A stretch of 64,000 bases of DNA, taken from the NCBI GenBank assembly GCA_038087875.1, contig CM075990.1, positions 992,001 to 1,056,000 of the forward strand, given 5' to 3'. Under the pieces are notes generated by a model. The model was not told the origin of the DNA and did not search any database. It worked only from the letters and a program-made list of their open reading frames with translations. The number at the start of each line of letters is the position of its first letter. The stretch's first letter is position 1. Shown here one piece after another: positions 35,351 to 46,754 of this stretch. The translations under genes were made by a program, and so were the position numbers. The DNA is from Malacoraja senta (taxonomy: Eukaryota).

Positions 35351-37539
35351 TGGGCGCCAGTGGAAGGCAGCAGGCTTCCTCCTCCTTCCACGTATGGTTT
35401 ATCTGCGACAAACCTCGTTGTCTTTACTCGTTGGAGCTGGAGTTATCTAGTTTCCTTTTCTCCCCCCGCCCCCGGTGCTGACAGCTGGGGCTCATGTATG
35501 TTTAGTGGGATCATTTAGTGTTGTTACCAGGGCAATTAAACTATTCATGTTCATAGGTTCTAGGAGGAGAATTAGGCCATTCAGCCCATCAAGTCTATCC
35601 CGCCATTCAGTCATGTCTGATCTATCTTTCCCTCTTAACCCCATTCTCCGGCCTTCTCCCCACAACCACTGACACCTGTACTAATCAAGAATCTATCTCT
35701 GCCTTAAAAATATCCATTGACTTGGGCTCCACAGTCTTCTGTGACAGTGAATTCCACAGATTCACCATCCTCTGACTAAAGAAATTCTTCCTCGTCCTTC
35801 CTAAAGGAATGTCCTTTTATTTTGATGCTATGACCTCTGGTCCCAGACTCTCCCACTACTGGAAACATCCTGTCCACATTCACTCTATCCAGGTCTTTCA
35901 TAATTTGATAAGTTTCAATGCGGTCCCCCCCTCATCCTTCTAAACTCCAGTGAGTACAGGCCCAGTGCCATCAAATGCTCATCATATGTTAACCTACATT
36001 TGGGCTGTCATGGATGCAAAAGCCATTTGGTGAACTACATGGCATCAAACTCGGTCCTGGTGACAAATCTGGTGGTGTCTTTATTGTGGGTGACAATGAT
36101 TTCATTGACCTCAATTTCTTTACCACTGTGTCCACACTGACCAACCACCTACTCACACTAATCCCATTTTATTCACCCCCTATTCCTATTAACTCCCCCC
36201 AGATTGTACTCCTCGCCAACACATTTAGAAACGGTTTACAGCTGCGAATTAAACTGCCAACCGATTCGTCTGGGATGTGGGAGGAAATTGGAACTGAAAC
36301 GGGAGAAACCCTTGGTCACAGGGAGGACATGCAAACTCCATGCAGACATCAGAATTAAAACTGTGTTCCTGGTTCCTGGTGTTATGAGGCAGCAGCTTTA
36401 CCAGCTATGCATCTGTGCTGGTTATTTTAAACAAAAATAGAATACATTTTATAAATAGATTAGAATGCCAGAGCGAGCTGATCATAATCACCCTTGGTTA
36501 CAACTCCAAGTATTCAGCAAGGATACAGATTTCTTAAAATGGTTTTGGGGTGAAGGATATGGATACATAAAATGTTGTGAAAGGATCTGGCAGAAATATT
36601 TTAGCTAACTAAGGTTATGTACAATATGGATAGAAACTGTTCCAATTGATCGAGGGTTCATAATCAATGGACAGAAGGAGAAAATAAACAAAAGGAATGA
36701 AATAAAAGGAAATGGTTTTTCATTGGTCAGTATCTAGGTCTGGAATGTACTGGATTCTAGACATTACTCAACTCTACTTTTGAAAAGTTAATAGTGACCC
36801 ATGATCTTGCACATCTCGTCAATGCTTGTTGGTCAGTTTTAATGGTGTCTTATTAAGCATTAGGTTCTGCACATCCAGGCATCTGTTCAATACTTCATCA
36901 CACTCCAACCACACACTGTAGATGTTGGAAATACTTTGGCTATTTGGTGGTGAGTCAGTCACTGTTGGATAATCAGCCTGTGAGCTGCGCCCCCTATTCC
37001 TTTCAACTTCCCCCCAGATTCTTCTCCTAACCTACATATTACACTCGTTTTTGCCACAGTATTTATGTGGTCCAAATCAGTATGTGATGGTGGTGGAGAT
37101 GGATGATAGACACAAAAAATTGGAGTAACTCAGCGGATCAGGCAGCATCTCTGGAGAGAAAGGAAGAGGTGACATTTCAGGTCCAGATCCTTCTTCACCA
37201 ATTCCTTTTCTCCAGAGATGCTGCCTGACCCACCTGATTTATTCCTGCTTTTTGTGTCTATCTTTGGTTTAAACCAGCTTCTGCAGTTACTTCCAACAAG
37301 TAGTGGAGATCGAATTGGTTTGAAGTAAATTTGCTTTAAACAGTAGCTGTGTGTGTATCCAGAATTGAAAAATAATTTGCGGAGTTTCGGAAAGGATGCT
37401 GAGGAGTGGGATCAGCGGGATTGTTTTTGAGTTGGTGTTTTTGAACAGGGTGAATAACCTCATTCTCTGCTGTGACCTTTTTGACCATCATCGAACTAAC
37501 TGGCCCATTTTGTGTAAGAAGGAACTGCAGATGCTGGAG

Positions 37540-37579
37540 ATGGGTCTGAAGAAGGGTCTCGACCCGAAACGTCACCTGT
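37540..37579 (+). ncRNA. Minimal type I hammerhead-ribozyme-like motif in a Penelope-derived short element
   Basis: AUGGGU-CUGAAGA-A-GGGU(CUCG)ACCC-GAAAC-GUC-ACCUGU: core, stem II, palindromic ACGU stem III, GUC triplet and a 6-bp stem I with wobbles. Confidence 0.6.
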
Positions 37580-39319
37580 TCCTTCTCTCCAGAGATGCTG
37601 CCTGTCCCGCTGAGTTACTCCAGGTTTTTGTGTCTAACTGATCCTTTTTGACAGGACCATCAATACACTGACTGGTGTGGCATTATATGTGAGCATTTTA
37701 ACTAGCATGTATCTTGAGTAAACATTGGAAATATTTTGTGGATTCAGTTTTTGTTTGAATTTGAACTGGCAATTGCAGTACTGATAGTGGGTTTGCACAT
37801 TGTGTCATCCTTATTTTGCAAAGAGAAAAGTATCCATGCGACAAAGTACTTGTGGCCTCTAGACATGTGAAATTTGGGAGTTTGGATGTTGGTTGAAGAT
37901 TTCAGCAGGCTAATTATGATTTATTAATAATATTATTGCTTCATGTATGGGGATTCTGGCATTTATTTTTTAATCCCTAATTGTTCCTGAGTGAGGCAAT
38001 AATTAAGAGCTAACTACAGAATGTCTGACATCACCTGTAGGTGAGCACAGGTAACGAAGGTAAACTTCCTTCCTTGAACGACATCGGAGGAACAGATGCA
38101 ATTTTATGTAAATCCAGTAGTTTAAGGGTTAAAAAAAAAATTCTTAAACTTACTGTTACTTTTCAAATGCTCGACTTTTTTTGTTGCTGATGTTGACCTT
38201 TGCTGGTGCAATTGCATACCTTGCAAATAATTGGGGCTTTGAAAAGGACATGAAAGCTGGAGCTGACCGTCTTGGTGAATAAGGAGTGAATGCTGTTTGG
38301 GGGGGATGGACGAAGCTGGATTTGAATAGAGGGACAAAGTCCAAACAAAGTGGCAGTTTGCATATAACGGAGTGAAATATCTTGCAGTACTCAAGAGTCA
38401 AGAGTTTTATTGTCATGTGTCCCAGATAGGACAATGACATTCTGAAGAAGGGTTCAGACAATGAAGTCTGAAGAAGGGTTTCGACCCGAAACGTTGCCTA
38501 TTTCCCTCGCTCCATAGATGCTGCCTCACCTGCTGAGTTTCTCCAGCATTTTTGTCTACCTTCGATTTTCCAGCATCTGCAGTTCCTTCTTAAACAATGA
38601 AATTCTTGCTTGCTGCAGCACAACAGAATATGTAAACATAATACAGAACAGGAGATAAAAGTTCAGTGTGTCTATATACCATAGACCATATATATACACA
38701 ATAAATAAACAGATAAAGTGCAATAGTAATAATAGACTATCGGGTTATTATGAAGCAGAATTTGAGCTGTAAGCTCACTTAGGGTAGTTTAGTTTTAGTT
38801 TAGACACAAAAGTAACTCAACCGGTCAGGCAGCACTCTGGAGAAAAGGAACAGTTGACTTTTCAGGTTTAGACTCGTCTTCAGATTCCGCTTTAGTTTAG
38901 ATAGGCACAAAAAGTTGGAGTAACTCAGCAGGTCAGGCAGCATCTCTGGAGAAAAGGAATAGGTGACGTTTCAGGTCGAGATCCTTCTTCAGATCCCGGT
39001 CTTGACCCGAAACGTCACCTATTCCTTTTCTCTAGAGATGCTGTCCCACCCGCTGAGTTACTCCAGCATTTTGTGTCTATCTTCGGTTTGAACCAGTATC
39101 TGCACAATCCTACACAGTCTGCACCAGGCTGGGCATAGTAAATGGACGTTGGTTGGAAGCTGCCAAAACCTAGAGGACCTCTTTCAGGATCCAGTTGCTG
39201 TGATTCCTTATAGAGGTGATGAAAGTAGTTTTTTATCACGTGCACTGAGGAGCTTTTGTTGCAAACTTTTCTTGCCAGTCAGCGGAAAGACGGTACATGA
39301 TTACATGACAATAAATTAG

Positions 39320-40955
39320 TATTTCTTCTCTATATTTACCGAGGAGAAAGACAGTAGGTTGGAGGAAATTGGAGCAGTCACCGGAAGTATCTTGAGAGCA
39401 GTCAGGGTTACTGTCGAAGAGGTACTGAAGGTACTGTCGTGTTTGAAGGTAGACAAATCTCCAGGGTCTGATCAGATATATCCGAGGACATTGCGGGAAA
39501 CTAGAGAGGAAATTGCGGGAGCCCTGGTTGAAATTTACGAGTTGTCGTTAAATACAGGAGAGGTGCTGGAAGACTGGAGGGTGGCAAATGTTGTGCCTCT
39601 TTTCAAGAAGGGCTGCTGGGAACGATAGGCCGGTGAGCTTAACATCTGTAGTTGGTAAGTTACTGGAGAGTATTCTGAGGGATAGGTTCTACAGGCATTT
39701 GGATGGGCAAGAGCTGATTAGGGATAGTCAGCATGGTTTTGTACATGGGAGGTCGTGTCTCACAAATCTGATTGATTTTTTTGAAGATGTGACCAAAAAG
39801 GTTGATGTTGCGTACATGGACTTCAGTAAGGCATTCGACAAGGTTCCGCATGGTAGGCTGCTCTGGAAGGTTAGATCGCATAGATCCAAGGAGAGATAGC
39901 TGAATGGATAGCTAATTGGCTCCATGGAAGGAAGCAGAGGGTGATGGTGGAAAGTTGCTTCTCAGACTGGAGGACTGTGACTAGTGGTGTCTCTCGGGGC
40001 CCGTTACTGTTTGTCATCTATATCAATTATTTGGATGAGAACATACAGGGCAAAATTAGCAAGTTTGCTGATTGATACAAAAGTTAGTGGTTTTGCACAT
40101 AGTGAAGATGGTTGTGAAAGATTGCAGCAGGATCTGGATCGATTGGCCAGGTGAGCAGAAGAATGGTTGATGGAATTTAATACAGAAAAGTGTGAGGTGT
40201 TGTTTTGGGATGTCGAACAAGGGCAGGATCTACACAGTAACTGGTAGGCCTCTGGGTAATGTTGTAGAGCAGAGGGATCTAGGAGTAGAGGTGCATGGTT
40301 CCTTGAAGGTCGAGTCGCAGGTATATAAGGTGGTCAAAAAGGATTTTGGCACTTTGGCCTTCATCAGTCTAGAGGTATAGAGGTTGGGTTGCAGTTGCAT
40401 AAGACGTCGGTGAGACCACATTTAGAATATTGTGTTCAGTTCTGGGCACCATGTAATAGGAAAGATATTGTCAAGCTTAAAACGGTTCAGAAAATATTTA
40501 TGTTGCCAGGACTAGAGGGTGTGAGAGGGTATAGGGAGAGGCTGAGGGGTCTGGGTCTCTATTCCATGGAGTGCAGGAGGATGAGGGGAGAACTTATAGA
40601 GGTATACAAAATCATGAGAGGAATAGATCGGGTAGATGCACAATCTTTTGCTCAGAGTAGGGGAATCGAGGACCAGAGGACATAGGTTCAAGGTGAAGGG
40701 GAAAAGATTTAATAGGAATCTGAGGGGTAACATTTTCACACAAAGGGTTGTGGGGGCATGGAACAAGCTGCCAGAGGAGGTAGTTGAGGCTGGGACTATC
40801 CCATCGTTTAAGAAACAATTAGACAGGTACATGGATAGGACATGTTTGGAGGGACATGGACCAAGCGCATTCAAGTGGGACTCGTGTAGCTGGGACATTG
40901 TTGGGCCGAAGGGCCTGTTTCCACACTGTATCACTCTGTGACTCTCTGTGACTCT
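39320..40955 (+). mobile_element. CR1-clade LINE (HER1-like) fragment
   Basis: DKSPG, RPVSLTSVVGKLLE, SQHGF, YMDFSKAFDKVPH, RPHLEYCVQFWAP; many frameshifts. Confidence 0.9.
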
Positions 40956-41549
40956 GATTACAGTCGAGCCATCCACAGTGTACAGATACATGATAATGGG
41001 AATAAAGTTTAGTGCAAGGTAAAGTCCTGTAACGTCTGATTAAAGATAGTCCAAGGGCAAGAAATGCTGCTGTTGGAGTAGGGATTTAAAGGAGTGGGGC
41101 AATTGTAATGTGTGATTGCAGACCAGCACACAGAGTTGCTTCGCTTGGGCGTCATCTTGAATCAATGGTCCTTGTTGAGTTAAATTTAAGGACTGCCTCA
41201 AAGGCAGATGTTTAAATGTTTTTTAATAAATTCCAGGCCATGAGTTGTTGGCAGTTAAACACACAGCCACCAGGTACGGATTATTTTAAATTTGGTACGA
41301 TCAGACAGCGAGAACTGGAGTACCATCTTCTCAGATAGCTGGAGGACTGGGGATCAGAAGTGTGTTGGGTGGGTTGATTATGTTTTAACGGAAGTACATG
41401 AAAATAAGAATTGTAATTGTACTGTCAGTCAAAAGAAGAATCCCGGCCAAAATGTCTCCTGTCCATCCCCCCCCCCTCCCCCCCAAGATGCTACCCGACC
41501 CGCTGAGAATGTTACTATGTTGGCACTGCTGAAGAGGAGACCCAGCATA

Positions 41550-43167
41550 CAGTGGCTTGCAAAAGTATTCATACCCCTTGAACTTTTCCACATTTTGTCA
41601 CGTTACAACCACAAACGTAAGTCTATTTTATTGGGATTTTATGTGATAGACCAACACAAAGTGGCGCATAATTGTGAAGTGGAAGGAAAATGATACATGG
41701 TTTTCAAATTTTTTTACAAATAAAAAACTGAAAAGTGTGGCGTGCAAAAGTATTCAGCCCCCTTTACTCTGATACCCCTAAATAATATCCAGTGCAACCA
41801 ATTGCCTTCAGAAGTCACCTAATTAGTAAATAGAGTCCACTTGTGTGTAATCTAATCTCAGTATGAATACAGCTGTTCTGTGAAGGCCTCAGAGGTTTGT
41901 TAGAGAACATTAGTGAACAAACAGCATCATGAAGCCCAAGGAACACACCAGACAGGTCAGGGATAAAGTTGTGGAGAAGTTTAAAGCAGGGTTAGGTCAT
42001 AAAAAAATATCCCAAGCTTTGAACATCTCACGGAGCACTGTTCAATCCATCATCCGAAAATGGAAAGAGTATGGCACAACTGCAAACCTACCAAGACATG
42101 GCCGTCCACCTAAACTGACAGGCCGGGCAAGGAGAGCATTGATCAGAGAAGCAGCCAAGAGGCCCATGGTAACTCTGGAGGAACTGCAGAGATCCACAGC
42201 TCATGTGGGAGAATCTGTTCACAGGACAACTATTAGTCGTGCACTCCACAAATCGGGCCTTAATGGAAGAGTGGCAAGAAGAAAGCCATTGTTGGAAAAA
42301 AAGCCATAAGAAGTCCCGTTTGCAGTTTGCCACAAGCCATGTGGGGGACACAGCAAACATATGGAGGAAGGTGCTCTGGTCAGATGAGACCAAAATTGAA
42401 GTTTTTGGCCTAAATGCAAAACGCTATGTGTGGCGGAAAACGAACACTGCACATCACCCTGAACACACCATCCCCACTGTGAAACATGGTGGTGGCAGCA
42501 TCATGCTGTGGGGATGCTTTTCTTCAGCAGGGACAGGGAAGCTGGTCAGAGTTGATGGGAAGATGGATGGAGCCAAATACAGGGCAATCTTGGAAGAAAA
42601 CCTGTTAGAGTCTGCAAAAGACTTGAGACTGGGGCGGAGGTTCACCTTCCAGCAGGACAACGACCCTAAACATACAGCCAGAGCTACAATGGAATGGTTT
42701 AGATCAAAGCATATTCATGTGTTAGAATGGCCCAGTCAAAGTCCAGACCTAAATCCAATTGAGAATCTGTGGCAAGACTTGAAAATTGCTGTTCACAGAC
42801 GCTCTCCATCCAATCTGACTGAGCTTGAGCTATTTTGCAAAGAAGAATGGGCACAAATTTCAGTCTCTAGATGTGCAAAGCTGGTAGAGACATACCCCAA
42901 AAGACTTGCAGCTGTAATTGCAGCGAAAGGTGGTTCTACAAAGTATTGACTCAGGGGGGCTGAATACTTTTGCACGCCACACTTTTCAGTTTTTTATTTG
43001 TAAAAAAATTTGAAAACCATGTATCATTTTCCTTCCACTTCACAATTATGCACCACTTTGTGTTGGTCTATCACATAAAATCCGAATAAAATACATTTAC
43101 GTTTGTGGTTGTAACGTGACAAAATGTGGAAAAGTTCAAGGGGTATGAAAACATTTGCAAGCCACTG
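41550..43167 (+). mobile_element. Full-length Tc1-family (DD34E, IR/DR, Passport-like) DNA transposon
   Basis: TA|CAGTG...CACTG|TA; about 213-bp TIRs (41550-41762 and 42955-43167), each with two GCAAAAGTATTCA-type direct repeats. Confidence 0.96.
41929..42949 (+). pseudogene. Tc1 transposase, 339 aa, with a single +1 frameshift near 42300
   Basis: MKPKEHTRQVRDKVV...GRPPK...ARRKPLL joins SHKKSRLQFA...WSDETK...QQDND-(34)-NPIEN...GGSTKY*. Span is 1021 nt, i.e. 340 codons plus 1. Confidence 0.93.
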
Positions 43168-43574
43168 TAATTCCCTGAGCTTATGGAGGAGCCAAATGGA
43201 ATTCAGAAGCTCATGTAGAAACTCTAAAGGGGAGACCAAACTATGACCAAGAATGTGAGTTGGAACAGTACAGGTGGTGCAGCAGTAGAGTTGCTGCCTT
43301 TACCACGCCAGAGACCCTGGTTCGTTCCTAACTATGGATGCTGTCTGTACTGAGTTTGTACGTTCTCCCCGTGACCTGCGTGGGTTTTCTCTGGGATCTC
43401 CGTTTTCCTCTCACACTCCAAAGACGTGCAGGTTTGTAGGTTAATTGGCTTTGGTATAATTGTAAATTGTCCCTAGTGTGTAGGATAGTGTAAGTGTGTG
43501 GGGATCGCTGGTCGATGCGGATTCAGTTGACCAAAGGGCCTGTTTCCACGCTGTATCTCTAGACTAAAAAAAAT

Positions 43575-43580
<6 letters not shown>
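43018..43580 (+). repeat. 563-bp direct repeat, left copy (Tc1 right end, unique DNA and SINE)
   Basis: Matches 46192-46754 with no differences seen. Confidence 0.95.
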
Positions 43581-43638
<58 letters not shown>

Positions 43639-46191
43639 TTTAATTTTTATTTATTAGAAGTACATTACATCACAGCCACATACATTAATACTCGTCATTT
43701 ATATCTTCTTACAATTAATGTACTCCCTTTATTATTTTTTTTTTTACGCTAAAGAAAGAAAAGATTGAAAGAGAGAAGAAAGTGAAGGAAAAAGTGCAAG
43801 TGTAGAAAAGTGTAGAAAATGTAACAACAAAAAAAAAGGACGAGGACCCTATGAGAGCGAAATTAAAAACAAAAAGAAAAAGAGTTAAGAAATAGGCCCT
43901 AAGAAAAGAAAAGAGAGAGAGAAAAAAAGAAAAACAAATGTTTTTTTTTTTTTTGAGCATCACGTAAATAGGACATACCAACTCTTCAACTATCATCCCC
44001 CCTTACCCGACCTCAATTTTTTATTTTTTTAAAGTACTTTTGCACCCTATGTTTGTAATAATTCTATAAATGCAGACCACGTCAGGTGGAAGTGATCTGG
44101 TTTACCTGCTAGGAGGAGTCTTATCTCTTCAAGGTGTAGTGTTTCAAACATATTTGAAATCCACATATTTATAGTTGGTATTGGAGCCTTCTTCCAAAAT
44201 TTTAGAATTAGCTTTTTTCCAGTTATTAACCCATAATCCATTAATTTCTTTTGAAACACATTTAGTTCTGGATCATCTTCCGTTATTCCGAAGATAATCC
44301 ATTCTGCTTTGGGTATCAGTCTTGTTTTAAATAACTTTGTAAAGATTTCAAAAATTTCATTCCAAAATTTTTGAATTTTTGTACAGAAGACAAATGAGTG
44401 CGCTATAGTTGCTTCTTGGGATTGACATTTATCACAAATAGATGATACGTTTGGGAAAATTTTATGAATTTTAGTTTTCGAATAATATAATCTATGTAAA
44501 ATTTTAAATTGTATTAAAGTGTGTCTTACATTAATCGAGCATTTATGTACTTTTAATAAGTATTCATTCCAACTTTCCTTTGAAATTTTAATAGCTAACT
44601 CTTGTTCCCAGTCTCTTCTGATACCCTCCGTAGATGGTATTTGTACATTTAAGATAATATTGTACAAATATGATATTAAGTTTGCTGATTCCGCTTTTGT
44701 CTGCATTGCCTCGTCCAGTACATCTGCTGGGTTATTATGATGATCTTTTATATATTTTTTCAAATAGTCGCATATTTGAAAGTATTTAAAATATTGATTA
44801 TTTCCGAGTTTATATTTTATTTGTAATTGTTGAAATGAAAGTAATTTTCCAGTTTCATACAAGTCACCAAGCGTTTTAATTCCTAGTCTATCCCATTGTG
44901 TATAAGCTTTATCTATAATAGAAGGACTAAACGAAGGGTTATTGACTATAGGTAATAAAAGTGATAAGTTTCTTAATTTTAAATTTTGTTTTATTTGTTT
45001 CCAAATACGGATTGTACTATGAATAATTGGGTTCTTATTATAGTTTATGTTATTCAATTTCATTGGAGAGAGGAGGATCGCTCCAATGTTTCTAGAGGAG
45101 CAATCCTCTTTCTCCATTACAATCCAGTCTACTTGCTGGGCGGAGTTATCCATCAGTTGAATCATGTTTTTAATATTTACTGACCAATAATAATACATAA
45201 AATTGGGTAGTGCTAGACCCCCCAATACTTTAGATTTATTCAGATGGGTTTTTTGTATTCTATGTGATTTATAGTCCCATATAAAATTAGTGATATCTGA
45301 GTCGAGTTTTTTAAAAAACTTCTTAGGTAAGTATATAGGAATTGATTGAAATAGGTATAAAATTTGTGGTAAAAAGATCATTTTTATTGCGTTTATTCGG
45401 CCTATTAAAGACATCGGAAGCGTTTTCCAGAATTTAATTAATGTATTCAGTTTATTAAGTAGGGGGTCAAAATTTGCCCTGAGCATACCTTGATATGCTC
45501 TGGTAATTTCGATTCCCAAATATTTAAATTTTTCTGTAGCTATTTTAAAAGGGAATTTTAAAAGATGTGTTGAATCTTTCGGTTTTATTGACATAATTTC
45601 ACTTTTATTCCAATTTATTCTATATCCAGAAAAAGATCCGAAGTCTTCAATTAAATTTAATATATTTGGTATAGTGATTTGAGGTTTTGTAATATACAAT
45701 AATATATCATCCGCGTATAAAGATATTTTATTATATGAGTCTTTAGTATTATATCCATGAATATCAGGGTGTATTCTAATTTTTTCTGCTAGCGGTTCAA
45801 TAATGAGAGCGAACAGCTGTGGTGATAATGAGCATCCTTGTCTATTTCCCCTTGATAGTTGAAATTTCGAGGATAATATGTTATTAGTAAGTATTCTAGC
45901 TGTAGGTTTGTTATATAGTAACTTAATCCATAAAATAAAATTCTCTCCCAGTTGAAATTTTTGTAATACTTTATCCATATAATTCCATTCTACTTGATCA
46001 AATGCTTTTTCAGCATCCAGCGAAATAATTGATAATTCTTGATCTTCAGATTTGTGTGAGTGCATTATGTTGAGTAGACGTCTCATATTATTAGAAGAGT
46101 ATCTCTTAGGGATAAACCCTGTCTGATCTGGGTTTATTAATTTACTAATGTATTTACTTAATCTTCTGGCTAATGTTTTCGCTAATATTTG
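43581..46191 (-). mobile_element. 5'-truncated L1-clade LINE with poly(A) tail
   Basis: About 57-nt T run at 43580-43636 with adjacent AATAAA motifs on the minus strand, a 3' UTR and an uninterrupted ORF2 fragment. Confidence 0.93.
44047..46191 (-). CDS. L1 ORF2 fragment (reverse transcriptase and C-terminal CCHC domain)
   Basis: Motifs QTGF, SLDAEKAFD, RQGCSLSP, LYADD, KYLG, CDKC-x8-H-x4-C; about 715 codons without a stop. The endonuclease domain is lost by truncation. Confidence 0.92.
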   Translation of the reverse strand, partial: QILAKTLARRLSKYISKLINPDQTGFIPKRYSSNNMRRLLNIMHSHKSEDQELSIISLDAEKAFDQVEWNYMDKVLQKFQLGENFILWIKLLYNKPTARILTNNILSSKFQLSRGNRQGCSLSPQLFALIIEPLAEKIRIHPDIHGYNTKDSYNKISLYADDILLYITKPQITIPNILNLIEDFGSFSGYRINWNKSEIMSIKPKDSTHLLKFPFKIATEKFKYLGIEITRAYQGMLRANFDPLLNKLNTLIKFWKTLPMSLIGRINAIKMIFLPQILYLFQSIPIYLPKKFFKKLDSDITNFIWDYKSHRIQKTHLNKSKVLGGLALPNFMYYYWSVNIKNMIQLMDNSAQQVDWIVMEKEDCSSRNIGAILLSPMKLNNINYNKNPIIHSTIRIWKQIKQNLKLRNLSLLLPIVNNPSFSPSIIDKAYTQWDRLGIKTLGDLYETGKLLSFQQLQIKYKLGNNQYFKYFQICDYLKKYIKDHHNNPADVLDEAMQTKAESANLISYLYNIILNVQIPSTEGIRRDWEQELAIKISKESWNEYLLKVHKCSINVRHTLIQFKILHRLYYSKTKIHKIFPNVSSICDKCQSQEATIAHSFVFCTKIQKFWNEIFEIFTKLFKTRLIPKAEWIIFGITEDDPELNVFQKKLMDYGLITGKKLILKFWKKAPIPTINMWISNMFETLHLEEIRLLLAGKPDHFHLTWSAFIELLQT

Positions 46192-46754
46192 CATGTATCA
46201 TTTTCCTTCCACTTCACAATTATGCACCACTTTGTGTTGGTCTATCACATAAAATCCGAATAAAATACATTTACGTTTGTGGTTGTAACGTGACAAAATG
46301 TGGAAAAGTTCAAGGGGTATGAAAACATTTGCAAGCCACTGTAATTCCCTGAGCTTATGGAGGAGCCAAATGGAATTCAGAAGCTCATGTAGAAACTCTA
46401 AAGGGGAGACCAAACTATGACCAAGAATGTGAGTTGGAACAGTACAGGTGGTGCAGCAGTAGAGTTGCTGCCTTTACCACGCCAGAGACCCTGGTTCGTT
46501 CCTAACTATGGATGCTGTCTGTACTGAGTTTGTACGTTCTCCCCGTGACCTGCGTGGGTTTTCTCTGGGATCTCCGTTTTCCTCTCACACTCCAAAGACG
46601 TGCAGGTTTGTAGGTTAATTGGCTTTGGTATAATTGTAAATTGTCCCTAGTGTGTAGGATAGTGTAAGTGTGTGGGGATCGCTGGTCGATGCGGATTCAG
46701 TTGACCAAAGGGCCTGTTTCCACGCTGTATCTCTAGACTAAAAAAAATGAAACT
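46192..46754 (+). repeat. 563-bp direct repeat, right copy
   Basis: Matches 43018-43580; includes CACTG|TA of the Tc1 end at 46341. Confidence 0.95.

Noticed and set aside
42290..42305. Programmed ribosomal frameshift in the Tc1 transposase
   Set aside because: Tc1 transposases are single ORFs; a 1-bp insertion or sequencing error is simpler.
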